Of a stretch of 64,000 nt of DNA, positions 41,438-51,556 are shown piece by piece. Where the stretch lies: positions 502,572-566,571 of the forward strand of contig CAYVFE010000001.1 of the NCBI GenBank assembly GCA_964450885.1, written 5' to 3'. The position numbers and the translations under genes are program-made. The notes beneath the pieces are model-generated. The model saw nothing but the letters and a program-made list of their open reading frames with translations, was not told where the DNA came from and did not search any database. This DNA is from an uncultured Gammaproteobacteria bacterium. GTDB taxonomy: Bacteria; Patescibacteriota; Microgenomatia; Levybacterales; GWA1-39-11. Positions within the stretch are counted from its first letter, which is position 1, and each line of letters begins with the position of its first letter.

Positions 41438-42445
41438 ATGAAAAATGATATAGACATAAATAATCAGGAAGAAATTGTTATTCAAAGTCTCAGAGCATCT
41501 TCATGGCCGGAATTTATTGGTCAGGAGGTGGTCAAAAAAACGCTTTTCATATCTATGAAGGCCGCAAAAAAACGCGAAGAGAGTTTGGAGCACTTACTCT
41601 TCTATGGACCTCCTGGGCTAGGAAAGACTACAATTTCACATATTATCGCAAAAGAAATGGGAGCGAATATCCGCATAACATCCGGTCCGGCTCTGGAGCG
41701 ATCAGGAGATCTCGCATCGATACTTACTAACCTTTCTGAAGGAGATGTGCTTTTTATCGACGAGATACACAGACTGAATAAGGTTGTAGAAGAAACGCTT
41801 TACCCTGCTATGGAGGATTTTGCTCTCGATATAGTAATAGGGAAAGGGCCTTCTGCAAGGACTCTGCGCATGGATCTTCCGAGATTTACTATAATCGGAG
41901 CCACTACAAAAGCTGGGATGATTTCAGGGCCACTGCGTGACCGTTTTGGGGTAATTAGCCGTCTCACATTTTACAACCATAAAGAGCTTACAGAGATCAT
42001 CAAGAATGCCGCTGCAAAATTAAATGTTGAGGTCGAAGATTCGGCTTGCGAAGAACTTGCCACACGTGGCCGTGGCACGCCTCGTATAGCTTTAAGGCTC
42101 TTGAAAAGAGCAAGAGACTTTGCCGCGATTCATGGCCAGGGTGTTATTACGAAAGATATCGTAAAAAAGACGCTTGATGTGCTTGAGATAGACCATAAGG
42201 GTCTTGATGAATCTGACAAGAGATATCTTATGGCTATACTAGAGAAGTATGATGGTGGACCGGTGGGCTTGGAGACGCTTGCTGCAGCACTTTCTGAGGA
42301 CAGCGCTACGATCGAAGAGGTTATTGAGCCATACCTGATGCAGATAGGCTTTGTTAAAAGAACCAGTAGGGGAAGAATGCTCACGGAGAATGCACTCTAC
42401 CATCTGGGGATTGAAAAGGATCCCAAGCAGAAAAAACTTCTATAA
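41438..42445 (+). CDS. ruvB: Holliday junction branch migration ATPase RuvB
   Basis: [44 protein letters not shown]. Confidence 0.98.
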   Translation: MKNDIDINNQEEIVIQSLRASSWPEFIGQEVVKKTLFISMKAAKKREESLEHLLFYGPPGLGKTTISHIIAKEMGANIRITSGPALERSGDLASILTNLSEGDVLFIDEIHRLNKVVEETLYPAMEDFALDIVIGKGPSARTLRMDLPRFTIIGATTKAGMISGPLRDRFGVISRLTFYNHKELTEIIKNAAAKLNVEVEDSACEELATRGRGTPRIALRLLKRARDFAAIHGQGVITKDIVKKTLDVLEIDHKGLDESDKRYLMAILEKYDGGPVGLETLAAALSEDSATIEEVIEPYLMQIGFVKRTSRGRMLTENALYHLGIEKDPKQKKLL

Positions 42446-42448
42446 ATT

Positions 42449-45115
42449 TTACTCAGAAAGCGACCGAATGAACGACTTTGTTTTTTGAAATGGCAGGGAT
42501 TTTATAGAATCCTGAAGGCAAAGCAGTATGATTCCAGCTATAACGGGCAATATCCAAATCTGTAGTCCCAAAGGAGCAGTTGAAAAAACAGTTCTTGCTG
42601 GTGTGTAGAGTATTATCATCATCGCTGTAATCGAAAGGATAGTTGCGACCACAAGGTATTTATTTATGAAGGGTGATCGAGTCAGGACGTTTTTCCTGAA
42701 AGATCTAAATGTGTATGCATTAACTATCTCAAGTAGGATTATCGTTACTAAGGCGGATGTTCTGGCCACGTCAACACTTTCGCCCATCACATTGAATACG
42801 ATGTAATATACGGTTAATGAACTGAATGCCATAAGACCACCAAGTGTGATGATTACCCCTACATGCGTCTTTTCGAGAATTGAGGATTTTCTTCTAGGAG
42901 GGTAGTTCATGATATCTTTTGAGGTTGGATTGAGTCCCAGCGTAATGGCAGGCATGTTGTCTGTAACGAGGTTTATGAAAAGTATTTGTAGCGCGACAAG
43001 TATCGGTGCTTCCCAACCCAGAACAGGAGAGAGTAAGACTCCCATTAGGACAATCGTGAGCTCCGCGACATTAGTCGATAATTGGTAAGTCACAAACTTT
43101 CTGATGTTATTGAATATCGTCCTTCCCTCACGTATTGCGCTTACGATAGTTGCGAAATTATCGTCCTTTAAGGTAAGGTCCGCAACAGAGCGCGATACAT
43201 CAGTGCCATTTTTACCCATAGCAACACCGATATGAGCTTCTTTTAGAGCTGGTGCGTCGTTCACTCCATCACCTGTCATCGTCACAATTTCGCCTTGTTG
43301 TTTGAGAGCTTTTACTATCCGCAGTTTGTGTTCCGGATTCACCCGCGCAAAAATTGTAGTTTCCATTACGGCCAGTTTTAGCTCGTCATCAGACATTTCA
43401 CTGATCTGTTTTCCCAGCAGCAATTTTCCTGTTATATTTACCTGGCGGCCTATGGCTTTTGCCGTCTCACTATTATCTCCTGTAATCATCTTTACTTTTA
43501 TCTGTGCTTTCCGACAAATTTCTATCGCCTCTTTAATTTCTTCACGTGGAGGATCCTCAAGCGCTACAGTACCTAGGAAAGTGAACTTATCCTCGGTGTA
43601 GTTCGTATCGTTGTCACTATTTTTATAAGCAAACGAAAGAGTCCTTAGGGCTCTTGTAGTAAGATGCGTATTTATCTCAAGCAGTTGAGCCTTCTTTTCC
43701 TCTGTTAGCTTACGAGACTTTCCATTTTCAAGGATATGCGTACACTTGTCGATTATTACTTCAAATGCACCTTTGGCATATACATATTCGCCACTTTCTT
43801 CTTTTGAAAGAATAGACATCATTTTTCTTTCTGAGCTAAATGGTGTCTCGTTTACTCTCTCGAATTTATAGTCTTCGGCATATAAATATGATTTTGCTCC
43901 TAGGATAAGTAGCGCTCCTTCCGTTTGGCTACCTACTACGTTAAATAGATGATCTTCCTCGATTCTTTCGAGCAATGAATCGTTGCAGAGAATACCGATC
44001 TTTAGCATCAGCTCCAATGATTCATCTTCTTTGATAACGATACCTCTTTTGTTTTTTTGGATTTCACCTTCTGCTTTGTATCCAGTCCCTGTTACCGAAT
44101 AGACGTCATTTTCAGTGATAATTCCTCTTACCGTCATCTCCCCTACGGTGAGAGTTCCTGTTTTATCAGTACATATGACAGTTGTTTCCCCTAGTGTTTC
44201 GATTATAGACATGCGATTTACTACCGCATTTTTCTTGGCCATCCTCGATGCGCCTACGGCAAGGGTGGTGGTCAATACTACAGGAAATCCCTCTGGGAAA
44301 GCAGATACAGAGATCGCTATTACTAGGATCAATATTTCAGTGATGTATTGGCCTGATAATTCAGGTACCCGCGTCAACATAAGGACCCCAATAAGCGTTG
44401 ATGTTATGAGTGCAATCCCTACCATGATTTTTGATATGTGATTTACTTTGTCTTGGAGAGGAAGTTCTTTCTCTACTGATGATATAAGCCCTGCTATTTC
44501 TCCAAATTTTGTATTCATGCCAGTGTGTATCACCTTTGCGTAACACTTTCCATTAACTAGATATGAGCCCATATACAGAGTATTTTCTTCTGCAAATTTT
44601 TCTTCTGTTGAGACTTGGACTTTCACAACATCACTTGATTCGCCAGTAAGTATGGACTCATTTACTTCTATGTCCTCGCCATCAAGTAAAATACAGTCTG
44701 CTGGTATCCTTTCGCCATTTCGCAAGACGAGGATATCATCGATAACTATTTCTTTTGACGGGATTTCTTTTTCTTTGCCATTTCTTATGACCATGCTAAG
44801 AGGGAGGATCATCTTCTTAAGCGCATTTATGGACTTTTCAGCCCGGTATTCCTGTATAAATCCGGTAATTACCACGAGGACAATAACACCGATTATCGCG
44901 TAACCAGTAACGCCTTTTCCGACCACGAAAGATATTATTGCAGCGGCAAGTAAAAGATAAAATATAAAATTCTTCTTCACTTGGCGTATAAGTATCGTAA
45001 GAGGTGAAGTTTTTCCGATGTCTGTAATTTCGTTCGGCCCGAACTCCTTGAGCTTTTGCAAAGCCTCTTCCTGTGTTAAGCCTTTGATTTTGTTCACTTC
45101 TTCTATGGTACCCAA
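42449..45115 (-). CDS. P-type cation-transporting ATPase (type IIA, Ca2+-like)
   Basis: LTGES, FPEG, DKTGTLT, KGAFE, DPPR, MITGD, TGDGVNDAPAL. Confidence 0.93.
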   Translation of the reverse strand: MGTIEEVNKIKGLTQEEALQKLKEFGPNEITDIGKTSPLTILIRQVKKNFIFYLLLAAAIISFVVGKGVTGYAIIGVIVLVVITGFIQEYRAEKSINALKKMILPLSMVIRNGKEKEIPSKEIVIDDILVLRNGERIPADCILLDGEDIEVNESILTGESSDVVKVQVSTEEKFAEENTLYMGSYLVNGKCYAKVIHTGMNTKFGEIAGLISSVEKELPLQDKVNHISKIMVGIALITSTLIGVLMLTRVPELSGQYITEILILVIAISVSAFPEGFPVVLTTTLAVGASRMAKKNAVVNRMSIIETLGETTVICTDKTGTLTVGEMTVRGIITENDVYSVTGTGYKAEGEIQKNKRGIVIKEDESLELMLKIGILCNDSLLERIEEDHLFNVVGSQTEGALLILGAKSYLYAEDYKFERVNETPFSSERKMMSILSKEESGEYVYAKGAFEVIIDKCTHILENGKSRKLTEEKKAQLLEINTHLTTRALRTLSFAYKNSDNDTNYTEDKFTFLGTVALEDPPREEIKEAIEICRKAQIKVKMITGDNSETAKAIGRQVNITGKLLLGKQISEMSDDELKLAVMETTIFARVNPEHKLRIVKALKQQGEIVTMTGDGVNDAPALKEAHIGVAMGKNGTDVSRSVADLTLKDDNFATIVSAIREGRTIFNNIRKFVTYQLSTNVAELTIVLMGVLLSPVLGWEAPILVALQILFINLVTDNMPAITLGLNPTSKDIMNYPPRRKSSILEKTHVGVIITLGGLMAFSSLTVYYIVFNVMGESVDVARTSALVTIILLEIVNAYTFRSFRKNVLTRSPFINKYLVVATILSITAMMIILYTPARTVFSTAPLGLQIWILPVIAGIILLCLQDSIKSLPFQKTKSFIRSLSE

Positions 45116-45184
45116 ATAACACCAGGAGATTCAAGTTATATATGAAAGTTGCTTTTATGCTTATATTGTAATTTAATTAACGGA

Positions 45185-46783
45185 ATGAGCCTGACGAAAA
45201 TCCGGAGATTATTACTAAAATATAAGCTCACACTTGCTACTTTAGCGATCCTGCTTCCTATATACATACTTCTATATCAGATATATATACCGCGCATAAA
45301 TGCTTTTGGTTGCTTCGATGATTGTAATAATTTCATGCGTGGATATTTTTTTCTAAACGGAAATCCTTTGTTCTCTGGAGTATTTTCGGGGCATCAGCCA
45401 TTTGGATCTTATTTGAGTGCCATAATTCAAGCAGTAACTGACCCCGCTAGTGTGTATGAGTTGATCCTTCGTCATAGGCAGTTTTTGATAGGATTTAGTT
45501 TTATCGCAAATATTTTGCTGATTCTGCGATTTGGTCCAAAGATGATAATCTTTACAGTCATATTCGAATTCAGCAAGTTCTATATCTTTGGAGACAGGTT
45601 TTTGGGTGAATCCATGATCATCTATCCTGCTGTCTACATGGCTGGACTGGGATTGTACCGGATCTGGGGAAGGAAGATATATAGAATAGAGTATGCAATA
45701 GCTGCTGTTTTTTGTTGGTTTGTTATTTTTCTCAGAGCTACATATGTTCCGATGGCGTTGTTCCTTTTTATATTCATTAATTGGCACTCGCCAATCAGAA
45801 AGATGCCGAAAGGAAAAGTGGCGTCTATAGCTCTGTTTTTTGCGCTAAGTTTGGTGACCATTCTTTTGCATGATATTCCCGAGTACTTTTTCAATGTGGT
45901 GTTCTTTAATTTTCAGGTGAATATACCGGCAGAGACCAGGTTGCCTATGTTCGGCCCTAAGATCCTGCATTGGTTCTTTTATCCTATCTATATTTTCTTT
46001 TATGGAGAGCACAACATATTCAAATCTCTTTTGATAGGTATCAACATCACATTTCTTATCCTCTTTGTGAATCTTCTATATAGAAAAAGATTAATTATGG
46101 CTACATTTTTATTCTTACTTTTAGGAGTGGCAAATATCCGGACAGTCATGCCAGGAAATCTTTTTCTCGAGGCATTCCATATGGTTTCGTGGTATGGTCT
46201 ATTGATTTTCATAACGTTGATGCTCTTATTTGATAGAGTAGAAAATAAGAAGCTTTTTTATCCAGGAGCGCTGATACTTGTCGTGTCTTTCGCGATATTT
46301 CTAGCATCTCCTGATTATTTTGCGAAGGAAAAGGTAGACCCTCATGTAGAGTTTGTAAATAACTATGGTTACATCCTGCAGCAGGGAGAAGCGATCAAAG
46401 CACTGTCTAATCCTGACGACTCGTTATTTCTGGATGGTTCTGATGATCTGATCTATTGGCAGTCAGGGCTTTTTTCATCATACAAATATTCGTGGTACAC
46501 GTCGTCTATGTCGAAATTTGATAAGTTCAATATAGCAAGAATCGAAATGTTCGAAAATGACCCTCCTGATTTTTATAGAGAGTACGGGAGGTGCCCAAAG
46601 GGTGAAGGAGTAGATGCATATTATTTCCTGCCCACGTTCATAAAAGATGACTATGTAAGACTTTATGAGGACGACCATCCATCATGTCTATATATACATA
46701 AGAATAAATTGAGTGAGGTTACAACAGAACAAAAAGAAAAAGCAGCTGAGTGGCTCTATACTATTTCTGATGAGAAAAATTAA
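45185..46783 (+). CDS. GT-C-like multi-pass membrane protein
   Basis: TM1 then GCFDD loop and GHQP, about 10 TMs, C-terminal soluble domain; ATG 45185. Confidence 0.6.
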   Translation: MSLTKIRRLLLKYKLTLATLAILLPIYILLYQIYIPRINAFGCFDDCNNFMRGYFFLNGNPLFSGVFSGHQPFGSYLSAIIQAVTDPASVYELILRHRQFLIGFSFIANILLILRFGPKMIIFTVIFEFSKFYIFGDRFLGESMIIYPAVYMAGLGLYRIWGRKIYRIEYAIAAVFCWFVIFLRATYVPMALFLFIFINWHSPIRKMPKGKVASIALFFALSLVTILLHDIPEYFFNVVFFNFQVNIPAETRLPMFGPKILHWFFYPIYIFFYGEHNIFKSLLIGINITFLILFVNLLYRKRLIMATFLFLLLGVANIRTVMPGNLFLEAFHMVSWYGLLIFITLMLLFDRVENKKLFYPGALILVVSFAIFLASPDYFAKEKVDPHVEFVNNYGYILQQGEAIKALSNPDDSLFLDGSDDLIYWQSGLFSSYKYSWYTSSMSKFDKFNIARIEMFENDPPDFYREYGRCPKGEGVDAYYFLPTFIKDDYVRLYEDDHPSCLYIHKNKLSEVTTEQKEKAAEWLYTISDEKN

Positions 46784-47231
46784 AAGGATCCCGGTAACGC
46801 AGGAGGGCTACGAAAGACTGGTGTCAGATCTTAAAGCGCTCAAAGAGTCACGACCAAAAGCGGTAGAGACGCTCTCCGATGCCAGAAAGATGGGCGATCT
46901 TTCGGAAAATGGGCTTTATACTGCAGCTAAAATGCGTCTTCGCGGAATCGACTCTCAGATATTCAGGTTAAATATCCAGATAAAACTTGCGGATATTATA
47001 AAAGAAAACAAAAATGACGTAGTGGGGCTTGGATCTAGAGTTGAAGTTAGCGATGGCCAGAACATCAGGACATTTTATATAGTAGGAGACTATGAGGCTG
47101 ATCCCAAAAACAACAAGATTTCCAGTAGGTCACCTATTGGCAGGAGTCTGATAGGAAAAAAGATGGGAGATTCTGTGGAGGTAAGTGTTCCTTCTGGGAA
47201 AGTCTTCTATAAAATCACAAAGCTTATCTAG
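46770..47231 (+). CDS. greA: Transcription elongation factor GreA
   Basis: TQEGY, GDLSEN, IVG..EADP, ISSRSPIGRSLIGK; TATACT 7 nt before ATG 46770. Confidence 0.93.
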   Translation: MRKIKRIPVTQEGYERLVSDLKALKESRPKAVETLSDARKMGDLSENGLYTAAKMRLRGIDSQIFRLNIQIKLADIIKENKNDVVGLGSRVEVSDGQNIRTFYIVGDYEADPKNNKISSRSPIGRSLIGKKMGDSVEVSVPSGKVFYKITKLI

Positions 47232-47235
47232 ATTC

Positions 47236-49512
47236 CTATGGTGTAGGCGTAGTGGTAGGAGAAGGTTCTACAAGCGTTATGATCGGCGTTATGAGTATTG
47301 ATGTAGGCGATGGATCGGGAGTGCTTGTTATACCCTGAGTAGGATTAGGTTGTGGAGTGCTCGTCGGTTGATTTTCATCATCATCTTCGTCTTCCTCATT
47401 CTCGTCGTCATTATCATCGTTATCTTCAGGAGTTGGTGTGGGCGTAGGGATTCCGCAAAGTTTTGTCGGTGCGGTCCCCCTGAGGAAAAACTCGGTATAT
47501 GCAGACGATGTTGCGAATTCTACCTTTAGACCATCTTCAAAGCAAACCTCTTCGCGTGCTATACCAGGTGGCTGTCGGAAGTTTTCGATCGGTTTTCCAG
47601 AAAGTCCTGCTTCCATAATCTGTCTCCAGATCGGTGCTGCTCCCAGAGATCCTGCAACGCTAGTCATAGGTGTGTTGTCGTTATTCCCTATCCAGACTCC
47701 TACAGCAAGTTGAGGTGTGTATCCTATCGTGAGTGCATCTCTATAGTCCTCAGTCGTCCCGGTTTTGACTGCAGCAAGCCTAGAGATGTTAAGGGCTGTT
47801 CCGAAAGTCTCTGATCTTATGGAATTGTCTGACAAGATAGAGCTTATGAGAAAGGCGACAGTTTCCGGAAGTGCTCTCTTGCTGTCGTTTTCGCTTTCCA
47901 TAACACTTTTTCCATTCTTATCTAAAATCTCAGTGAATAGAGTATATTTATTCCATTCACCTTCGTTAGCATATGTTGCGTAAGCATTGGTCATCTCGAT
48001 TAGTGGCACTTCGGCCGCACCAAGGACGAGAGGAAGTCCATAGTCGACATCGTCAGAAAGAGTAGTTATTCCAAGATCTCTTGCAGCCTCTATTCCGTCG
48101 TCTACACCAACCATATTCATGACGTGTACCGCAGGAATATTCAAGGAATTTGCGAGTGCAAAACGTACGAGTACATCACCGCGGAAGCTATTATTATAAT
48201 TTCTAGGTCTATAGCTACCAAAGCTTACGGCCTCATCTTTTAGTTGGGTTGACGGAGTAATTAGTCTTTCTTCAAGCGCCTTTGCGTAGATGATCGGTTT
48301 GAATGATGATCCTGGTTGTCGGGGACGTATCGCCATATTTATTCTGCCAGTCTCTTCGTCATCCCAGTCATAACTTCCTACGAGGGCAAGTACTTCTCCA
48401 GTATCAGGGTCAATCGCGACTGCAGCGCCGTTTGAGACATTCGAACCTCTTAGCCTGTTTACCTGATTTTCCACAGCGCTCTGCGCGGCTTCTTGAAGCT
48501 TTAGATCCATCGTTGTTTTGACTGTAAATCCGCTTTGGGCGACATCCTGTTCGCCGAATTCGTCTATCAGAATATCCTGAATCATAAGTGCAAAGTGGAC
48601 TCCCTGCCGATTTATATCCTGCTGCGTCGGGTCAAAAACTATTTCTTCCTCGAGGGCACTTTCCAGCTCCTTTTCATCTATGTATCCCTGATCATGCATC
48701 AGCTCAAGTATGAGATCCTTTCTTTCCAAAGCAGCATCTAGATCTCCTGTAAGCGGAGAATAGTAAGAGGGTGCTCGGATAATGCCGGCAAACAATGCAC
48801 TTTGCGCAAGTGAAAGCTCCGACGCGTCTTTAGAAAAGTACCTCTGGGCTGCGTCTTGGATTCCGAATGCTCCTTCACCATAGTAATTCGTATTTATGTA
48901 TAGTTCCAGGATGTCATCTTTCGAGTAGCGTCTTTCAAGCTCCAGTGCGAGCACTAGCTCCTGATATTTTCTTAGAAGCTTTTTGTCAGGAGACAGGATT
49001 GCATTTTTTATGAGTTGCTGTGAGATAGTAGATCCACCTTGGACAGAGGACTGGGAAAGTAGATTTTCGCGTATGGCGCGTCCTATTCCAGAAATAGAGA
49101 AGCCAGGATGTTCGTAAAAATCCTTGTCTTCGACTGCTACGAATGCGTATTTGGTATATTCAGGGAGATCTCCAAGTGCTACTGGATTTTTTGTCGTTGC
49201 GTCAAAAAGGGTAAAAAATGGTATATCATTTCTATCCAGAAGTACTACCCCATGATTTTTCTTATTTATAATTCGCTCTTTTGATGAAAGGTCGCGTACG
49301 AAGTATACATAAGTAATGATAGGAATGAGCACCATTATCGCTACTGCTCCTATAACCGCATATTTTATGTATTTCCTGTTTTTCTTGACGAATCGTACTA
49401 CGTCTTCTTTTTTGAGGTTTCTTGCCTGATGATACTTTGCCTTGATATAGGGCTTATCGATTTTCTTAACAAATCGGATAAATTCTGATAGGTTGTGTTT
49501 TAATCTTTTCAT
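47236..49512 (-). CDS. Class A penicillin-binding protein (transglycosylase-transpeptidase)
   Basis: EDKDFYEH, GGSTISQQL, RKYQE; SSFK, SLN, KTG transpeptidase motifs; acidic and Pro/Thr-rich tail. Confidence 0.95.
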   Translation of the reverse strand: MKRLKHNLSEFIRFVKKIDKPYIKAKYHQARNLKKEDVVRFVKKNRKYIKYAVIGAVAIMVLIPIITYVYFVRDLSSKERIINKKNHGVVLLDRNDIPFFTLFDATTKNPVALGDLPEYTKYAFVAVEDKDFYEHPGFSISGIGRAIRENLLSQSSVQGGSTISQQLIKNAILSPDKKLLRKYQELVLALELERRYSKDDILELYINTNYYGEGAFGIQDAAQRYFSKDASELSLAQSALFAGIIRAPSYYSPLTGDLDAALERKDLILELMHDQGYIDEKELESALEEEIVFDPTQQDINRQGVHFALMIQDILIDEFGEQDVAQSGFTVKTTMDLKLQEAAQSAVENQVNRLRGSNVSNGAAVAIDPDTGEVLALVGSYDWDDEETGRINMAIRPRQPGSSFKPIIYAKALEERLITPSTQLKDEAVSFGSYRPRNYNNSFRGDVLVRFALANSLNIPAVHVMNMVGVDDGIEAARDLGITTLSDDVDYGLPLVLGAAEVPLIEMTNAYATYANEGEWNKYTLFTEILDKNGKSVMESENDSKRALPETVAFLISSILSDNSIRSETFGTALNISRLAAVKTGTTEDYRDALTIGYTPQLAVGVWIGNNDNTPMTSVAGSLGAAPIWRQIMEAGLSGKPIENFRQPPGIAREEVCFEDGLKVEFATSSAYTEFFLRGTAPTKLCGIPTPTPTPEDNDDNDDENEEDEDDDENQPTSTPQPNPTQGITSTPDPSPTSILITPIITLVEPSPTTTPTP

Positions 49513-49594
49513 GGGATATATTATACTATTTTGAACCTAAATAAAGTAAATGTCAATGAGAGAGGAGTAAGAAATCGTATGATAGAATAGAGTC

Positions 49595-50005
49595 ATGAAT
49601 ATGTTCAAACCTGTTGCTGCAAAAAACGAAAAAGAATACATAGAATCCATTTCCGAGCCGAGAAAAAGTCAGATATTAAGGCTTGATAAGCTTATAAAAG
49701 ATACACTGCCCAACCTAAAGCCTACATTTGCATACAACATGCTCGGATATGGGATGTTCCACTACAAAACGAAATCAGGAAGTGAAGGAGAGTGGCCGAT
49801 TATCGCTCTTGCATCTCAGAAGAACTATATCTCTCTTTATATATGCGCTACAAAAGATGGAAAGTATCTGGCGGAGGAGAATAAAGAAAAACTGGGAAAG
49901 GTGTCTGTAGGCAAATCATGCATAAGGTTTAAAAAGATTGAGGACTTGAACCTGGACGAGATAAAAAGATTACTAAAAGAAGCTGAAAAATTTCCAGGAC
50001 TTTGA
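49595..50005 (+). CDS. DUF1801 (YdhG-like) protein
   Basis: MLGYG..HY, LASQKNYISLY, GKSCIRFKK. Confidence 0.8.
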   Translation: MNMFKPVAAKNEKEYIESISEPRKSQILRLDKLIKDTLPNLKPTFAYNMLGYGMFHYKTKSGSEGEWPIIALASQKNYISLYICATKDGKYLAEENKEKLGKVSVGKSCIRFKKIEDLNLDEIKRLLKEAEKFPGL

Positions 50006-50072
50006 GTTGTATTGTCTTAAAAAATATCTTTGCAATTTTTTTGATTTGCATGAGCTTAGTATAATAAAAGTA

Positions 50073-50225
50073 ATGAAATATCCAAGAGGATCAAGTATCG
50101 CAGTAGGGTTAGTCGTAGGGCTTGTTATAGGAATTCTGACAGATAATATTGTTAGTATGCTTTTTCTGGGATTGATGTTTGGTGGAATAGGAGAAGGTCT
50201 TAATAAGCCAAAAAAAGGTAAATAA
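50073..50225 (+). CDS. Small two-TM glycine-rich membrane protein
   Basis: MKYPRG...GLVVGLVIG...LGLMFGG...KPKKGK; TATAAT 7 nt upstream of ATG 50073. Confidence 0.6.
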   Translation: MKYPRGSSIAVGLVVGLVIGILTDNIVSMLFLGLMFGGIGEGLNKPKKGK

Positions 50226-50275
50226 TCTCACCGCAGCTTAGAAATACCCGAAAGATCTTGGAGTTAACCGAAGTT

Positions 50276-50668
50276 TTAGAATGCGCCAATGATAAGCCCC
50301 ATTACAGCAAAGACTACTGTGTTATATCCAGCATTTATGAGCCAGAGTTTGAAGGATTTACCCTCAAACATGTAATTGACGCCGAATGCGAGCGAAACCC
50401 ATCCAAGTCCTGCAGCAAGTCCTGCTCCGAGGCCAAAAAGCCAGTCGCCATCATTGCCTATAAATGCAGCAAGATTTACGGCCATAATAATCTCCAGAAC
50501 TAAAGAGCCGACGAGAAGCTTGACTAGGTTTGGAGTTTTGACATCTTTTCCTTCTTTCATCCCAATCTCTTTCTGCCAAGGTTTAATGAAGATGACGGTG
50601 TACCATAAGAATCCTAGAAAGAATGCGGATAATGCGGCAAGAGCGACAGCCAGAAAATTAATCTCCAT
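50276..50668 (-). CDS. DUF1761 family membrane protein
   Basis: INFLAV, GFLWY..F.KPW, FEGKSFKLWLINAGY. Confidence 0.85.
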   Translation of the reverse strand: MEINFLAVALAALSAFFLGFLWYTVIFIKPWQKEIGMKEGKDVKTPNLVKLLVGSLVLEIIMAVNLAAFIGNDGDWLFGLGAGLAAGLGWVSLAFGVNYMFEGKSFKLWLINAGYNTVVFAVMGLIIGAF

Positions 50669-50819
50669 AATTTCTTTATAGTTATAGACTAATAATTTGT
50701 CAAGTGAGAATAAATTTTCATTGGATCCTAAGAATTAAAATCAGGAGTCAATAGAGGAAGTCCAAAGGTGGAAATAATCTGTATTTTAAGTTATTGAAAG
50801 ATTTTTTTGGAGGGAGGTC

Positions 50820-51431
50820 TTATTTTAAAACTTTATACCTAATGTGCGTAACTATACTGGTTCCGCTAACTTCGATAGCTTCAAGATTGAGGTTAGGTAT
50901 TCCATCAAAAAGACGAGTGCCCACACCAATAGTTACGGGAATTATATGTAGCCAAAGCTCATCAATAAGCCCGGCCTTTAAATATTGGTTAACAGTATTT
51001 GCACCTCCCATAATCTTTACATTCCGATTTCCTGCTACTTCTTTTGCTTTTGTAAGTGCTGTTTCAATGCCGTCATTTATAAAAATGAATGTTGTTCCAC
51101 CTTCCATTTCTATCGGTTCTCGCATCGAATGCGAGAGTACGAAAACCGGAGCGTGATACGGGGGATTATTGCCCCACCATCCTTTCCAATCTGGATCGTC
51201 TCTTCTGTCTTTAGGCCCAAACATGTTGCTTCCCATAATAAATGCTCCTGCATCGAGAATAGCGTCTATTTCTTTTTTATGATTGTGCTTTTCGGGCTCT
51301 GCAAACATCCATCTATCTAGTAGATCTGAATCGAAATTGTCTCCAAACGGATTTTCGTAACTTTGATTCAGGCCAGCAGTAAAGCCATCAAGAGACATTG
51401 TCATTCCAGAGGTAACTTTTACTTTGCTCAT
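50820..51431 (-). CDS. Dihydrofolate reductase-like RibD C-terminal domain protein
   Basis: MSLDGF, GAFIMG, PVFVLSH, MGGAN, GLIDE, G.GTRLF. Confidence 0.88.
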   Translation of the reverse strand: MSKVKVTSGMTMSLDGFTAGLNQSYENPFGDNFDSDLLDRWMFAEPEKHNHKKEIDAILDAGAFIMGSNMFGPKDRRDDPDWKGWWGNNPPYHAPVFVLSHSMREPIEMEGGTTFIFINDGIETALTKAKEVAGNRNVKIMGGANTVNQYLKAGLIDELWLHIIPVTIGVGTRLFDGIPNLNLEAIEVSGTSIVTHIRYKVLK

Positions 51432-51501
51432 ATTGTTATTGTAACAAATTACTCACGAAGCTAAGATGCTACAAAAATAAAAATCAGAAAAATGTAGAAA
51501 T

Positions 51502-51512
51502 TTGTGAGCCGA
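51502..51512. repeat. 11-bp direct repeat (TTGTGAGCCGA) of the tRNA-Lys 3' end; att-like scar
   Basis: Identical to 53025-53035, which spans the 3' acceptor strand, discriminator and 3 trailer nt of tRNA-Lys. Confidence 0.7.
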
Positions 51513-51556
51513 ATATCCAGAATCTGCCATCCTTAACTAATTGATATAATAAAGGT

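Noticed and set aside
50258-50503. Cys-rich 81-aa plus-strand ORF resembling a small metal-binding peptide
   Set aside because: Lies antisense to the well-supported DUF1761 gene; the cysteines derive from its Ala/Gly codons
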